DNA of 63,531 bases, the filler included, from Choristocarpus tenellus KU-1152 (taxonomy: Eukaryota; Protista; Phaeophyceae): assembly GCA_964200185.2 (NCBI GenBank). It is 12 parts of 12 records of this genome, joined end to end, with 100 filler letters (N's around TTAATTAATTAA, not from the genome) between each part and the next. Parts side by side here need not be neighbours in the genome. Positions count along the whole stretch, not along the records: positions 44,604 to 57,580 come from CAXNAD020001623.1; positions 57,681 to 60,408 come from CAXNAD020025264.1; positions 60,509 to 63,531 come from CAXNAD020022868.1; 9 more parts are not named here. One strand, written 5' to 3'. Within the stretch, counting starts at the first letter, position 1. Every line of letters begins with the position of its first letter. Position numbers and translations under genes: made by a program. This document shows positions 52,201 to 63,531 of the stretch, one piece after another. Under the pieces are notes generated by a model. It worked only from the letters and a program-made list of their open reading frames with translations, was not told the origin of the DNA and searched no databases.

Positions 52201-54566
52201 ATGGCCAACCTCATAGCTTGGGAAAAAGAGACTACCACGAGGCAGATTCTCAGTGGCTTCCGTGACAAGTACATGTTCCACCAGGTGCACCCCTGATTCA
52301 CACCAGTGCCTTGAAGACTTGCACATAATTCAATTATTTTTCTGATCTTAGGGTTAGCAATATGAATATCACTGTGGGGTGTGGTTGGATGTAAGACTAG
52401 AGAGGGAAAATATCTTAGAGGGTAGAGCCGCGTCAATTTTGGGGACAAAATCCAATGTTGCATTTTTGATGTAATTTTGGCTATCATGTTTATTAGGGGA
52501 TGTTGATATTCTTGTTCCTGACACATCTTTTCATGACGAATACATTTTACCTACTCCGAAACATTTTGGAGTAGGTAAAATGTCATTAAAAACCGGTGGG
52601 AAGCCAAGCCCCAAATGGACAAAGGGGCAAAACTCGTACCCTCTTCAGGGACATTCAATCAGAAACTTGCTGATACTCCTATTTGCACCTCACCCATTTC
52701 TCATGTGAAAAATAGGCGAATGTGATCCCCACAACTGTTGACGGGGTATCTGGCAAGTCTCTCCTTCAGTACTGGATCGAGGAGATGATGACTGGCCTCA
52801 CCTCCTTCATTAAACTTCCTGTCAAGGTCAGCAGCAGTCCATACAGTGAAACACACAGAATAGGAATGCACAGATTTGCTTTTGGTAGAAAGGCTGAGAT
52901 TTGAAACGAGTAGGGTGTGACTAGCTAATGCTGTGAAGAGACTCTGGTATATCTCCACCTGCATTTTCCCAGCTGGTGATGAAGATGAGCTCAACTGTTG
53001 CAAACATTGCTAAGGAGATAATATGTGATGAGATCAAATATCAGGGTAGTCTCAAAATATGCTCCAGTACACATTGTTTACCTGTTATCTTTAATCCTCA
53101 TTTTTTATTCTATTTCCAGACTCTCAAGTTTGACCACCTCTGTGAGAACTTCCAATGGCATGAGGCATTGGACAATGCTGAGCCTCTACTCAAGGCCAAC
53201 AAGGATGCCTCGGGTAGGTTTTACTCATCAATATCTCTCCCCCCCCCAATCGCAGTATTGGTTGAGAGCTGCTGCCTATAGTCTTGTTCCTGATTGCGTG
53301 TGGAAGAGCACAGTTCACACAATAGATAAAGCACAGAGGACCTTTTCCAATATGTGGTGACAGTGGACTACTAGTTAGTTCACAGTCCCTGAGATCCTTC
53401 CACATATCCATGCTATCCCTGATCCCCAAAGCACCAAGGTTCCAAGATTGGGACCTTCAAATGCTCAAGTGCAAAGTACTAACAATATCAAGATAGTGAT
53501 GTTTGTATCTTGCTCGTGTTTATGACTACAACCTACGTCTTAAAAAAACGCTTTGTTGCACAGTTTCGCAAATCCTATTTTTAGCTAATCTTGTTGTCAC
53601 GGCTTTTCTGCACAGGTGTGTTGACTAGCGTGACCCTGTCTTCTTCATCTGGAAGCTCTGGGTATATACCGTTCACCGTGCCGAGCGACATGACCGTGAG
53701 AATCAATATATTGTACTGAATGTGTTATTCAACTCCAATTACACCGAGTTCCTTCAATAGCTCAACTACAGACGCCTGTGCTTTGGTGCTTGTGCCGAAC
53801 TTCGATCCTACTTCTTACTTTAGTTGTTGAATGTCCCCTTTTCCGTATTTCTTCACTTGTACCGTAGTGAATCAAGTCCTGTACAATATGTGCACAACCT
53901 GGTAAAGTTTGTTCGATCTAAACCATAAGCTTCGTACCTCTTCACACGAGCTGAGCCTTGTTTTTTCTGGCCTTGCATGTAGGTTGACGTCTCAAGCATT
54001 GATGGAGGAAGTAGTGTCACCTATGGATCTGACAAGACCTACTACTTTGCTACACCAGGCAACACCGTTGAGACATACAAGGCTGGGCCAGTGTGAGTGC
54101 TGTTTTCACAGTAATCATCTACATCCATTTTTGGTGATAGGATCGAGTAGACATGAAGGACTCCATGCCAAGAGAAGATCATTCCCTAACCTTATGTTTC
54201 CTTTTGGAATGCACAACAGTGGTATGAATGAAATGGGGGAGGTTGGAACATGAGGGTTGAATGAGGAGTAAGGGCAGCGCAATAAAACCATTATTATTCT
54301 GCCATTCAAAATCGACAACCGGCAATCTTAAAGCAAAATTTGAATTCTTAACGGGAGGTGTGGCTATCCTATTCCCTTTGGCGCTTTTCCCACTCAGGGA
54401 AAAAACGGCCGAGTATCTGGATGCGCAGGTCGTTGCATGCAAGAAGCTTTGTATAATTAATGAGGCGTGCAAGTCATTCAGTGGGGACGTGAAGACGGCA
54501 TGCAAGAAGAACTGCAAGAAGAACTGCAAGAAGTGCATCCTGAAAAATAATGAAAACAAATGTTGA
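46250..54566 (+). CDS. Secreted Agd3-like polysaccharide deacetylase (CE18-like) with a Cys-rich tail; 20 exons, 777 aa as reconstructed
   Basis: Exons 46250-46354, 46599-46673, 47032-47169, 47738-47852, 48332-48461, 48935-49130, 49288-49380, 49635-49757, 49899-49977, 50248-50457, 50706-50817, 51066-51187, 51543-51610, 51909-51986, 52159-52284, 52716-52826, 53120-53213, 53616-53695, 53983-54092, 54398-54566 join in one open frame. Signal peptide present; motifs GERRYYLGPVVDDLLL, AYNGNG, WQSHTMSHL, SPGITGL, GDNT, VPRFATFVYYNC, YMFHQAN, SLLQYW. Confidence 0.82.
46742..46978. mobile_element. MITE family A copy in Agd3-like intron 2, GGTC duplication
   Basis: GGTC|GAGTCAAAGTATCTTAGAGGGTA...TACCCTCTAAGATACTTTCACTC|GGTC. 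Confidence 0.95.
47335..47512. mobile_element. MITE family B-related subfamily in Agd3-like intron 3; perfect 20-bp TIR, TCAA duplication
   Basis: TCAA|GGGTCAAAGTATCTGGGGGA...TCCCCCAGATACTTTGACCC|TCAA. Confidence 0.95.
52402..52660. mobile_element. MITE family A copy in an Agd3-like intron, degenerate TIRs, AGA duplication
   Basis: AGA|GAGGGAAAATATCTTAGAGGGTA...TACCCTCTTCAGGGACATTCAATC|AGA. Confidence 0.88.
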
Positions 54567-57509
54567 GAGGTGTGCACGTAAGTGTTCTCAATTGTTTTTT
54601 ATATCTTCCTCAAAAGCTGATCTTATGGTGGTAGTGAATTTGTGCACTAGCTTTATTGTTAAGAGCCTGTGCCTAAATATTTTGAAGTGAGGTGTGTGTG
54701 TCAATACACACGTAAGAATATACCAATATGTTTGTAATTGTGTTGAACAGGATAAATTTCACTCCTGACTAAGGTTAAATGTTTCTATTTGAAGTGCAGG
54801 AATTATGCACCATATGCAAGAAATAATTGTCTCTTGAGTACCACACTGCTAACTGCTAACCACTGCGGGCCATCTTGTGCCATATTCTACGTCAGGAAGA
54901 AAATCAAGATCCAGCCATGCGGTTGGGCCTTGAAGAAGACCCTTCAAGGAAATTGATCTTGCTGGCATAGGCGGAGACATGTATTCAACAGAGATTTTCC
55001 ATGTGCTGCTCAATGCTTTGACAATCGATCTATCCTCAACAACGATTGTGTTTCCATATCCTTCTGTAGTTTCTAGTGGGTGATGAATGTGATGTTTAGG
55101 GAGGTTGTAGCAGTGAGTTAGTTCTAAGGTGGAGAAGAGTGTACTTTATGGAGACTGGAATAGTTGCACTTAGCTTGTTAAAATATGTACCCGCAGACCT
55201 TGTGAACTTTCTTGTACTAATATTTCCAACAGGTTATGTTGGTGGTCCCCAGTTCAGTTCTTTTGGGCTACGGTCAATTGTGTGTGTACATGAATCCATT
55301 TTCTTTAATAGTTTATCTACACTCTTTAAGGGTCGTGTGGTGTTTTTTTTTTGCGGGAATGAAAAAGGTAGTCCATCCCCCCCTGCCTTTTTGTTTATAC
55401 ATGCTTCAGTTATTTTATTGCAGGAGCAGCCTTTTTGTCATGCCACATGTTGCAGTCCTGGGTATGTTTTTGTGAATATATGAGTCCAACCTTTGTTTGT
55501 TCTCTTGAAGGCAGTGACAATCTCTTGTCACAACTTCTTCTCTTCTCCCACTCTAGAGTTTGTGGCAACATATAACGACGAGAGAAGCTTCTTGTCTTGC
55601 CCTGCCGTCATATTTTGTTTTTGTAGTCTCTTCAGATCAGTCTGTGTAGTGATACCATAAGTATGCATTGAGTACAAACAACACCGTGCTCAATGCGATA
55701 ATCGCTTTTTGTCCAGGCTGTTTGAATTGAAAACATGTCTTGTCTGGAAGCGGATATACAATAGTACATTGAAATGTGTAAAGTGTGTAGTATGAGATAT
55801 AGAAGGCTCGGAGTAAAAAATACATTGTGCACATGTTTCGAGTTCACTCTTTGTTCCTTGTGAACACAACGAATGATACAAGACATGTGACCGTCACTGT
55901 ACAACCATATTCCTGTACTCTAGAGAATCTATTCACTAGAATATTCACTTAACATGATCAACTTACTGCGAAGGAATAGACATCAGGACATAGTGTGACA
56001 TGCGTAATAATATTGGAGTTTCACTATTCATATGGTTGTAGGAGTAAGGGCACGTTTTTGCTTTCCCACTGGAAAATGAATCGAACACCGTAAAAATGAT
56101 ATGAATCATGAGGAATAAAGGAGTGGTTGGTAATCGTCATTATGGTAGGAAGTTCTTGTCAAAAATCGGTGATAGAAATATAAGCAAAAAAAATGACACG
56201 AAAGGTCAGATGGAAATCAATACCAGTAGGATTGAAAAGAATTCGTTTTTGAGGCACAGGGCCGCCAAAGAAGCTTCCCTTAGACGTAGTGCTGCAATGG
56301 TAGGGGAAGTTGTTCGGATCAGTTTCATTCTTTTCAACCCGGCTTTAGTGTGGAGTAGTTATCTACCTGCAGGTATTCCTTTACCCACATTCCACCCATT
56401 GATTCCAGTTCCTGTAGATATCCCAGCTCAGGTACACAAAAGTAAGGTTATAGGACAAGGAAATTTTGAACATTTGGCGATCTACAACTGAGAATGATAT
56501 ACCACTCACTCACTCACTATACAGAAGAGCGATTATATTCCAACATAATGCACACCTTCCACAAAATAACACCCAACATTATGAAATGTCTATAAACCAG
56601 GAGTAGGTATAAACGTAATCCTATGAAATTTGCACACCACCTAAATGTAGATATTGAACTCATTTCATATTATTTTTCCCTCTTCCATTTTGGAGGTGTT
56701 TCAGGGGGAAAACTAAAGAACTATTCACATGCCAGAAAAATCCCTTGTGAAAAATGTTGATGTATTTCCTATTTTACTATTTATGTTGTACTACTGTCTT
56801 CCTGTGTCTCAAACCTATTCCCCCACCCCAGGGTGAGGAGCTAGGGAAGCATACCAAGAATCTCAAAAGCCCCTCCTTGCCCATCTCCCTGGTGAATTAA
56901 TAATTTTGCGATGGACAAGTCTCTTTTTTAAACCTGATCTCAGTCCAACCCACTTCCGTGCGCGCACACACAAATGGATTGCGCGCGCATTTCTTTGTCA
57001 TCGGTGACTTTCGCGCCAACATCAAACACAGAAAACCTTTCAGGACCCTCAGACCACTTGCCGTTGAACATTCACAAATATGTGACCTCACCCATCGGAT
57101 ATGAGACCCCATGAGATTTTTCCCTAGGATTTGATGACCGAGAGAGCTTTGGGTTTCCTGAAAATACCCCACCGTGACACAACGGGTGATTCTGAACACC
57201 CCCCACGACTGATTGGACCTTGCCTCACGACAGTGGTACCCATACTGTCAGTCTAGGGGATGGATCCACTTGAAAACGTAAAAGTCCTACAACTGTTTGA
57301 GATTAGAGGCTAGAAATAATGGTCTAAAACATGAGACGTGATGATGACTACAAATTTCAGGTCAACAACGTGACGAAAAAATAGTAAAGAAATTTCTCGT
57401 CTCCAGCGGACTAGCACTATTAATACTGTGTTGTTGACTTTGAAATCGGCAATGAAGGGGTACAATGTATGCGTATATTGTATCATTAGATATCCCGAAA
57501 AGCACAATG

Positions 57510-57580
57510 AACAGCCGATTTCAAAAATTGAGGATGGAGCTTTTCATTGAGGATGGGCTTGACCCAAAATTGACTGGGAT
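57510..57580. repeat. Dispersed repeat, second copy at 63411-63481
   Basis: GATTTCAAAAATTGAGGATGGAGC...TTGACCCAAAATTGACTGGGA near two contig or window ends. Confidence 0.75.
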
Positions 57581-58194
57581 NNNNNNNNNNNNNNNNNNNN
57601 NNNNNNNNNNNNNNNNNNNNNNNNTTAATTAATTAANNNNNNNNNNNNNNNNNNNNNNNNNNNNNNNNNNNNNNNNNNNNTTTTTTGTGCCTTGTTCGCT
57701 CTTTTTTTTTTCTTCGTTGTTTTGGGTGGTGGGGGGGGGGGGGGGGGGGGGGGGGGGGGTGCTTTCTTTTTTTCAGTATATATTTTTATTGTTCTCGATG
57801 AACCCGGAAAGTAAAGAATTTTTTTTTATGGATTGGGTCAAGTCAAGGAGATAGATTTGGGTTTGGATTTGGATACGTTATTTTTTATAAGCAAACATTC
57901 CACTGATCTAATAATATATATATGAGAGAGAGAGAGATAAGAGAGCAAACAAACGGTAGGGTTTGTTTGCTCTCGCTGATCGAATTCAAGTTCAAACTGT
58001 CATACATGGTTTTGATTTGTCAGAAGTGTACATTTCAAGTGCAACATTACTGTGATCCATATATATATATATATGTAAATATAAAATTAAATAATTATAT
58101 AAATAGATTTAGTACTTGGTAGGTATCTTTTTTTTCTTACATACTCTACCACTACATGTTATAATATGAACTGTAGATCACTTGATGAAATGTA

Positions 58195-58233
<39 letters not shown>

Positions 58234-58769
58234 TAGGCTGCGATGTAGAATGTATACCTTTTTTTTTAATTGGGACGAAAAAAAAAGAGACTGTATGATA
58301 TACCCCACATGATTTTTTTTAAAACATATATATATATATATTTAATCTATGGTGTGTAAAAACAAGCTCAATGCTTGCGCTCTTGTTATTAATATATATG
58401 TATGTATATATATATATATGGATGTTTTCACTATTTGCTACTTCAAGTGCTATTTTTGTACTATTTAAATTTTGGTATTGATAGTACTCGATTTTCACCA
58501 AGTTTATGATACACACTGAGGGACAGTATGGAAAAGAAAAGTCAGAGGTGAATTCAAATCGGGTCCAGGATTTAAAAAATAGAATTCAATTCCATCCATA
58601 CTCATTTTTTTAATACAAGAGTGTATGTATGGTATAAGCCACAAGTCCAGAATTTGGTTGGGAGGAACTGACAATACTAGTTCTGCTAATGAAGAAAAAA
58701 ATATATTATAATTTTTTTAAACTTACAGGTGGTTAAACAGTCGGTGATCACTATTTTTTAGATTGTTTT

Positions 58770-58892
58770 TTCTTGTAGTATGAGGTATTTCTTAGTTTTT
58801 CCCTGTAGTATGAAGTATTTTTTAGATTCTTTTTTCTTGTAGTATGAGGTATTTCTAAGAGTTTCTTCCTGTAGTATGAAGTATTTCTTAGA
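58770..58892. repeat. ~30-33-bp minisatellite, 4 copies
   Basis: TGTAGTATGARGTATTTCTTAG core. Confidence 0.85.
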
Positions 58893-60367
58893 TAGTTCAA
58901 GAGAACAAACTAAGAATGAAAGCTTGGGTGAGGGAGATGAAAACTCTTTAATTTTTTTTCTATATTTTTAGATCTTCTGCTTTAGAAATAGTTAATGGTG
59001 AGGTATCGAAGAGAGAGAGATAGAAATAGTTAATTCCCTCCAGCTTGCTAATGACCACGCTGATACTGATGCTGATAGACTCAGTCGAGACCCTAACCCT
59101 ACCCCCCCTTTTGTACAGTGATATAAAATGTAAGTATGAAGAGTACCAAGTATTGGTCAATATTGATGCGATGTTATTGGCCTTAAAGTCTACCATCGTG
59201 AGCCAGGTCCACAACCCTTTCCCTGTTAGGGCAGTCTCTCTCAGAGATCGATTAAGCCCTTTTTTTAATTTTGTGTCTTTGGACCAAATGACTTGTGTTG
59301 ATGCCCCTTCCTAATTAAAGAGACTTGAAAAAAAAGGATTTTTTGTTGGTTCTTGCAAGGTCTGTTTGTACCGCCATACTATACCAATAGATAATTTGTA
59401 CAAATGCTGTAGAAGAGAGGCATAATCTTGCAAGGAAGAGAAGGTAACAACAATAATGATATTTATTTTTTTAGGAGTGAAGCAGTAGGAGTAGTTGATG
59501 CAATATAATATAATATAAATACAATACAATACAATACAATACAATACACATGTTCTCAAGATCCCTTCATTCGACTCTTTCTCCTCCTCCTTCACTTTTA
59601 CTCTTCTGTGGAATTGGAATAATTAATTTCTTGTTACCTTTCTTTTTTTTTCAAATCTTAAAAAAAAAATCAGACGGGTCTGCTCGTAACGTACGCAATC
59701 AATACTGTGGTGGCCTTCTTCAGCATGAGTAGGGCAGAAAAAGTTGGACAGGTGAGGGAACTCGAGGATATACACGCCCTGTGTTGTGTTTGTGTGTGTG
59801 TGAAATGTGGTGCTCTCAGGGGTGTAGAGTGAAGGTGTTTCTTTTTGGAGGAGTTGTGGCAGTAGTCTTTCCCTGATGGTGCATACTCTGTGAGTTTCTC
59901 TGAGTGGAGACTGAGATGTGTCTTTTTGTGCAATGGTTACATACATACATACATACACACATACATACACACACACATAAAATAAACAAAAAAAGAATGT
60001 TACAGGCGATGGTGAGCAGGGGAATAAAAAAAAAGAAAGAGGCATGTATGTCTCCTGCGTACATACGAGTGGAGAGTGAACCGTGAAGTGAAAGTGACAC
60101 AGTCCTCCCCCTTGTTTGATCTCGATGAAGTGAAACCTCTTCCGTTGGCCAATCCTGAACATCACGTCGATCACCCGCACAATGCGGTTTGAATACGCAA
60201 GGAGGAAGCGTGCTTACCATTGTCTCCTACCTACCTACCTACCTACCCCCCTTCTGTAATACTGGGTGATGTGATGACGAACATACCTCCTCTAAATGTA
60301 AAAGAGTAAGCGTTCTGCAATAGATACGAACTTATTTTTCACCTCCCTACCAAGTGCTGATCAACGA

Positions 60368-60408
<41 letters not shown>

Positions 60409-60704
60409 NNNNNNNNNNNNNNNNNNNNNNNNNNNNNNNNNNNNNNNNNNNNTTAATTAATTAANNNNNNNNNNNNNNNNNNNNNNNNNNNNNNNNNNNN
60501 NNNNNNNNACACAAAAACACCCCCCACCCCATAGACTGCAGTTTCCCCCCTTCCTCCCCCCCCCCCCCCCCCCCCCCCCCGTCAATGTTACAGATTGTTG
60601 GACGGAGCTAAAAGCACCACCCGTTGTTGTATTGGCGGCTTTTGCACTATGCCACCCCCTCTGCCAATGCTGTACCTGTGTGAAACCACTGATCTTTGGT
60701 GCAG

Positions 60705-60912
60705 GTACCAAAACCAGAAGAACTGCACAGAGTACGAGAACCTCATGAGGCAGGCGCTTCGCTTGGGAAGAGTGAGCCATGAAGACCGAGAAGCTCTTAG
60801 AGCGCACCGTGTGGCCAACAACCTAGACGATATTCAGCACCTGGGGATTCTTCACAAAGTGGGATGGGACCTCAATGCCTACGAGGCGGGGACAAATGGA
60901 AGTGGGGGCTAG
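60705..60912 (+). CDS. Terminal exon of an uncharacterised protein (short helical C-terminal domain)
   Basis: TGCAG| acceptor, then YENLMRQALRLGRVSHEDREALRAHRVANNLDDIQHLGILHKVGWDLNAYEAG...*; resembles a Y..L..AL..G.V...R...H...L..GW...E.G tail recalled from protist cyclic-nucleotide-binding proteins (unverified). Confidence 0.55.
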
Positions 60913-63531
60913 GAACAAATGATGGAATTGGGGCAGTTCAATACGAAGTCCTCGGCTGGCTACCCTACCCACCCAGTGTGGGGGGGGAAAGAGCACAAAG
61001 TAGACGACCTTGCATTTGGGGTTTTGTAATGCTCCTGTGTCTCTCCACCCTTCTTCTGCCACTGCACACACGAATGAGCCCAAGCGTCCCTTTTTTGTTC
61101 TTGAGGTACCGGTGCACTGGCTATGCTGCCCCTCCCCCTTTTGTGTTTGTAGATTATTATATAATGAGGGAGTAGATGCATGCAATTGTAAATCTGTTCT
61201 CGTGGGAACAGTGCTCTTTGTTTATTGTGTGTGTGTTTTAGGAGTCCTCGGAAAGGATTGCATTTTGGGAAGAAAGGGGAGGAGAAGTGCTGGTGTGGAA
61301 CTGGAGTGGAAATATAGCGGCGCAACCCAAGTACGAGCAAGGTTGAGTTGGAGGTCCCTGTATGTACTGCGCTGTACAAAATATGCTGCAGTTTTTGAAG
61401 AGTTGGAGGGAAGAGTGTGACTAGCCCCACAGTGTGTACATGATCTCACTCTCCCCCTTCCTCCTTTGAGTATGAAGTCTGTGCCGGTGCACTAAAATAT
61501 CTGTTCCTGATTGCTGCGACCATGTGACCACAAAGGAACATAAACACGATTCAAGTCTGTGTAACATAAGTTGAAGTTGTTGCCCTGGGAGCTGAAGCTG
61601 GTTGATGTAGCGGCATGGCCAATTCAGTTGTTGCCTACCTTTTGACCACATTCCTCCTTTTTTTGAGAGAGTATATTACTATGTGGTATGTTGCTTAGTA
61701 CAGTTTTACAAACTTGAGTCCGTTTCCCCCCCCCCCCTAAAATAACATAGATGTAATTTACTCTCTGGATACATGCTATGCCAAAGTAGTACCTGTGAAT
61801 ACATGCTGACACCATGCAAATGTTATCAGGAGGGTGATAGAGAAGGATAATGAAAAAGACATAAAATAATTGTGCCGAATGTGCGATATACTTAATAAAC
61901 AAAGATAAACTATTTCAAGCTTGATCTGTCTACTTCAGCAAAGCATTGGAACTCCCACTATACACTACACCTACCATAATAAAAACATGTAGAGCACAAG
62001 CTTGTGAACGAGTTCCGACTTGAAAATGTGGCCTAGGTGCATAATTGCTCGGGAATGAAAACATCCACTTGTCTGACCTGATTTGACTCTATCATTGACT
62101 AGGAGGACATCTGTTTGGAATTGTGTTGATGGTCTACACCTGGATATATAATGAGCTGAGAAATATATGAACGGCTCCTATTAATATCGTACTTGTCACT
62201 GTTTTTTGGACTCAGGAGTTTTGGGTGTACTCTTCCCACGCTTCTTGGCACTAGACATGGCACGTAAAACCACACCTCTATAGCAAACTCTCGTAAAGAA
62301 CATTATTCTTGGCAATAGTCATACATACATATGTCACACATCAGAATGATTGAACATTACTACCATACGCTTTCATCCATTCGTGTTGTTGTCACTAACC
62401 CTGGCACAAGTTAGAAGAGAGTGAAGGCTGACCAGTATGGAGGGAAATTATGGAAGCTAATCCACATTGGGAGCTGCAGACTAAACCAAGTAGTAAAATG
62501 AGAATGTCAACCCCAATGTGCTCAGTCCCTTTCCCCCTAGTTCACTGCCCCCCTTCATCTGGCGGCCTACAAGGGGCGTGGGGTTTCTCCTTTGGGCAGG
62601 CAAAGTACCTTGCTTTGTTTTACATGTTTGCTTGGTCCTGATACTCGATTGCTCCCACTTCAACTACAAACATCATGCCTGATGCAACACTGGGTTGATC
62701 AATTACTCATCACTAGATTGCTTAGAGGAAGGGGAAAAATCCTACAATCTAAAACCGAATCCCAGAAGAGAGAACAAGAGGATGAATGACAGACTGTACC
62801 ATAAGACTCTCAAAGAACCGGCATTGCTGCCTACAAATTCACTACCCTGGTGGGGGTGCACATGTTCCCAACACAAGAGCCGAGGTGACGCTATATAATA
62901 TTCTGATGCGTGAGGTTAATATGGCAACATTTAATCGTTGTCCACAGTGTAACAAGCACCACATTATTCATGGTTATGTTTGTTTGATTGTTCCTCTACT
63001 GATTCAATCAGGTCAGAAACGATTGGATCTACAAACAGCACTGATTGCACCAGCCGGTCTCCTCCTCACACACCATCACTCCTACTTGAGCTTGTATTCG
63101 TATGGACTCTCCTCCAACTGTGTATCGGACAACACTATAATCACTACCACGTAGCATAGTATAATTGTAGTGTGTATGTAGAATCAGAGTATAATAGTTA
63201 CTGGTTGACTGGATGAATAGGAAATATTAATAATTCTGATTTTGCAAGGTACTCAAGGTGAGGACTTGCCCCACCTTCTGATTGATCACTCTACAATATC
63301 AACCAACTTTCCAGCGTTTTCAGATCTACCCCCAAATGAGGCGGGTAGTACTTCAGCGCAATATATTGGACCATTGATTTTCGACCTATCATTTAATCAT
63401 ATTTGGATATAACAGTGGATTTCAAAAAATTGAGGATGGAGCGTACTATGGACGATGAGTTTGACCCAAAATTGACTGGGAAAAAGTGCCGATATGTTTT
63501 TTTTTTGTAAATGTTGGGGCACTTTTTAAGG

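Noticed and set aside
59140-60230. Possible minus-strand exons near 59150-59225, 59690-59735 and 60067-60226
   Set aside because: Frame and product could not be determined
4060-60508. Recurrent TTAATTAATTAA between N runs as a biological repeat; the window as a gene cluster
   Set aside because: It is an artificial six-frame-stop linker. Genes such as XPO5 and USP39 could not be followed across linkers, so co-occurrence of GH16, GNAT and Agd3-like genes is not evidence of a cluster

Overview
Eukaryotic, intron-rich draft genome sequence. It consists of 12 contigs joined by 11 artificial 100-bp linkers (N44-TTAATTAATTAA-N44), so adjacency across linkers is not evidence of linkage. Gene content, a bipartite-type plastid presequence and TTAGGG repeats suggest a photosynthetic stramenopile such as a brown alga or relative (inference). 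Spliced genes reconstructed by hand: a GNAT fragment, TspO/MBR 3' exons, GH16 glucanase exons, the 5' part of exportin-5, a DHH-domain exon, the 3' end of CPSF2, a complete RluA pseudouridine synthase, the 5' part of USP39/SAD1, and a complete 20-exon secreted Agd3-like polysaccharide deacetylase. Ty1/copia relics are also present. The most unusual signals are: (i) two or three non-autonomous DNA-transposon (MITE) families that share a GRGTCAAAGTATCT terminus and a GTCCATTTGGGG subterminal motif, make both 3-bp and 4-bp target duplications, and insert into introns, a copia RT and each other; (ii) an intron-containing ParB/Srx-like pseudogene; (iii) the algal Agd3-like gene, whose Cys-rich tail pattern continues through its TGA stop. 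All family assignments come from motif recognition by eye, not from database searches.
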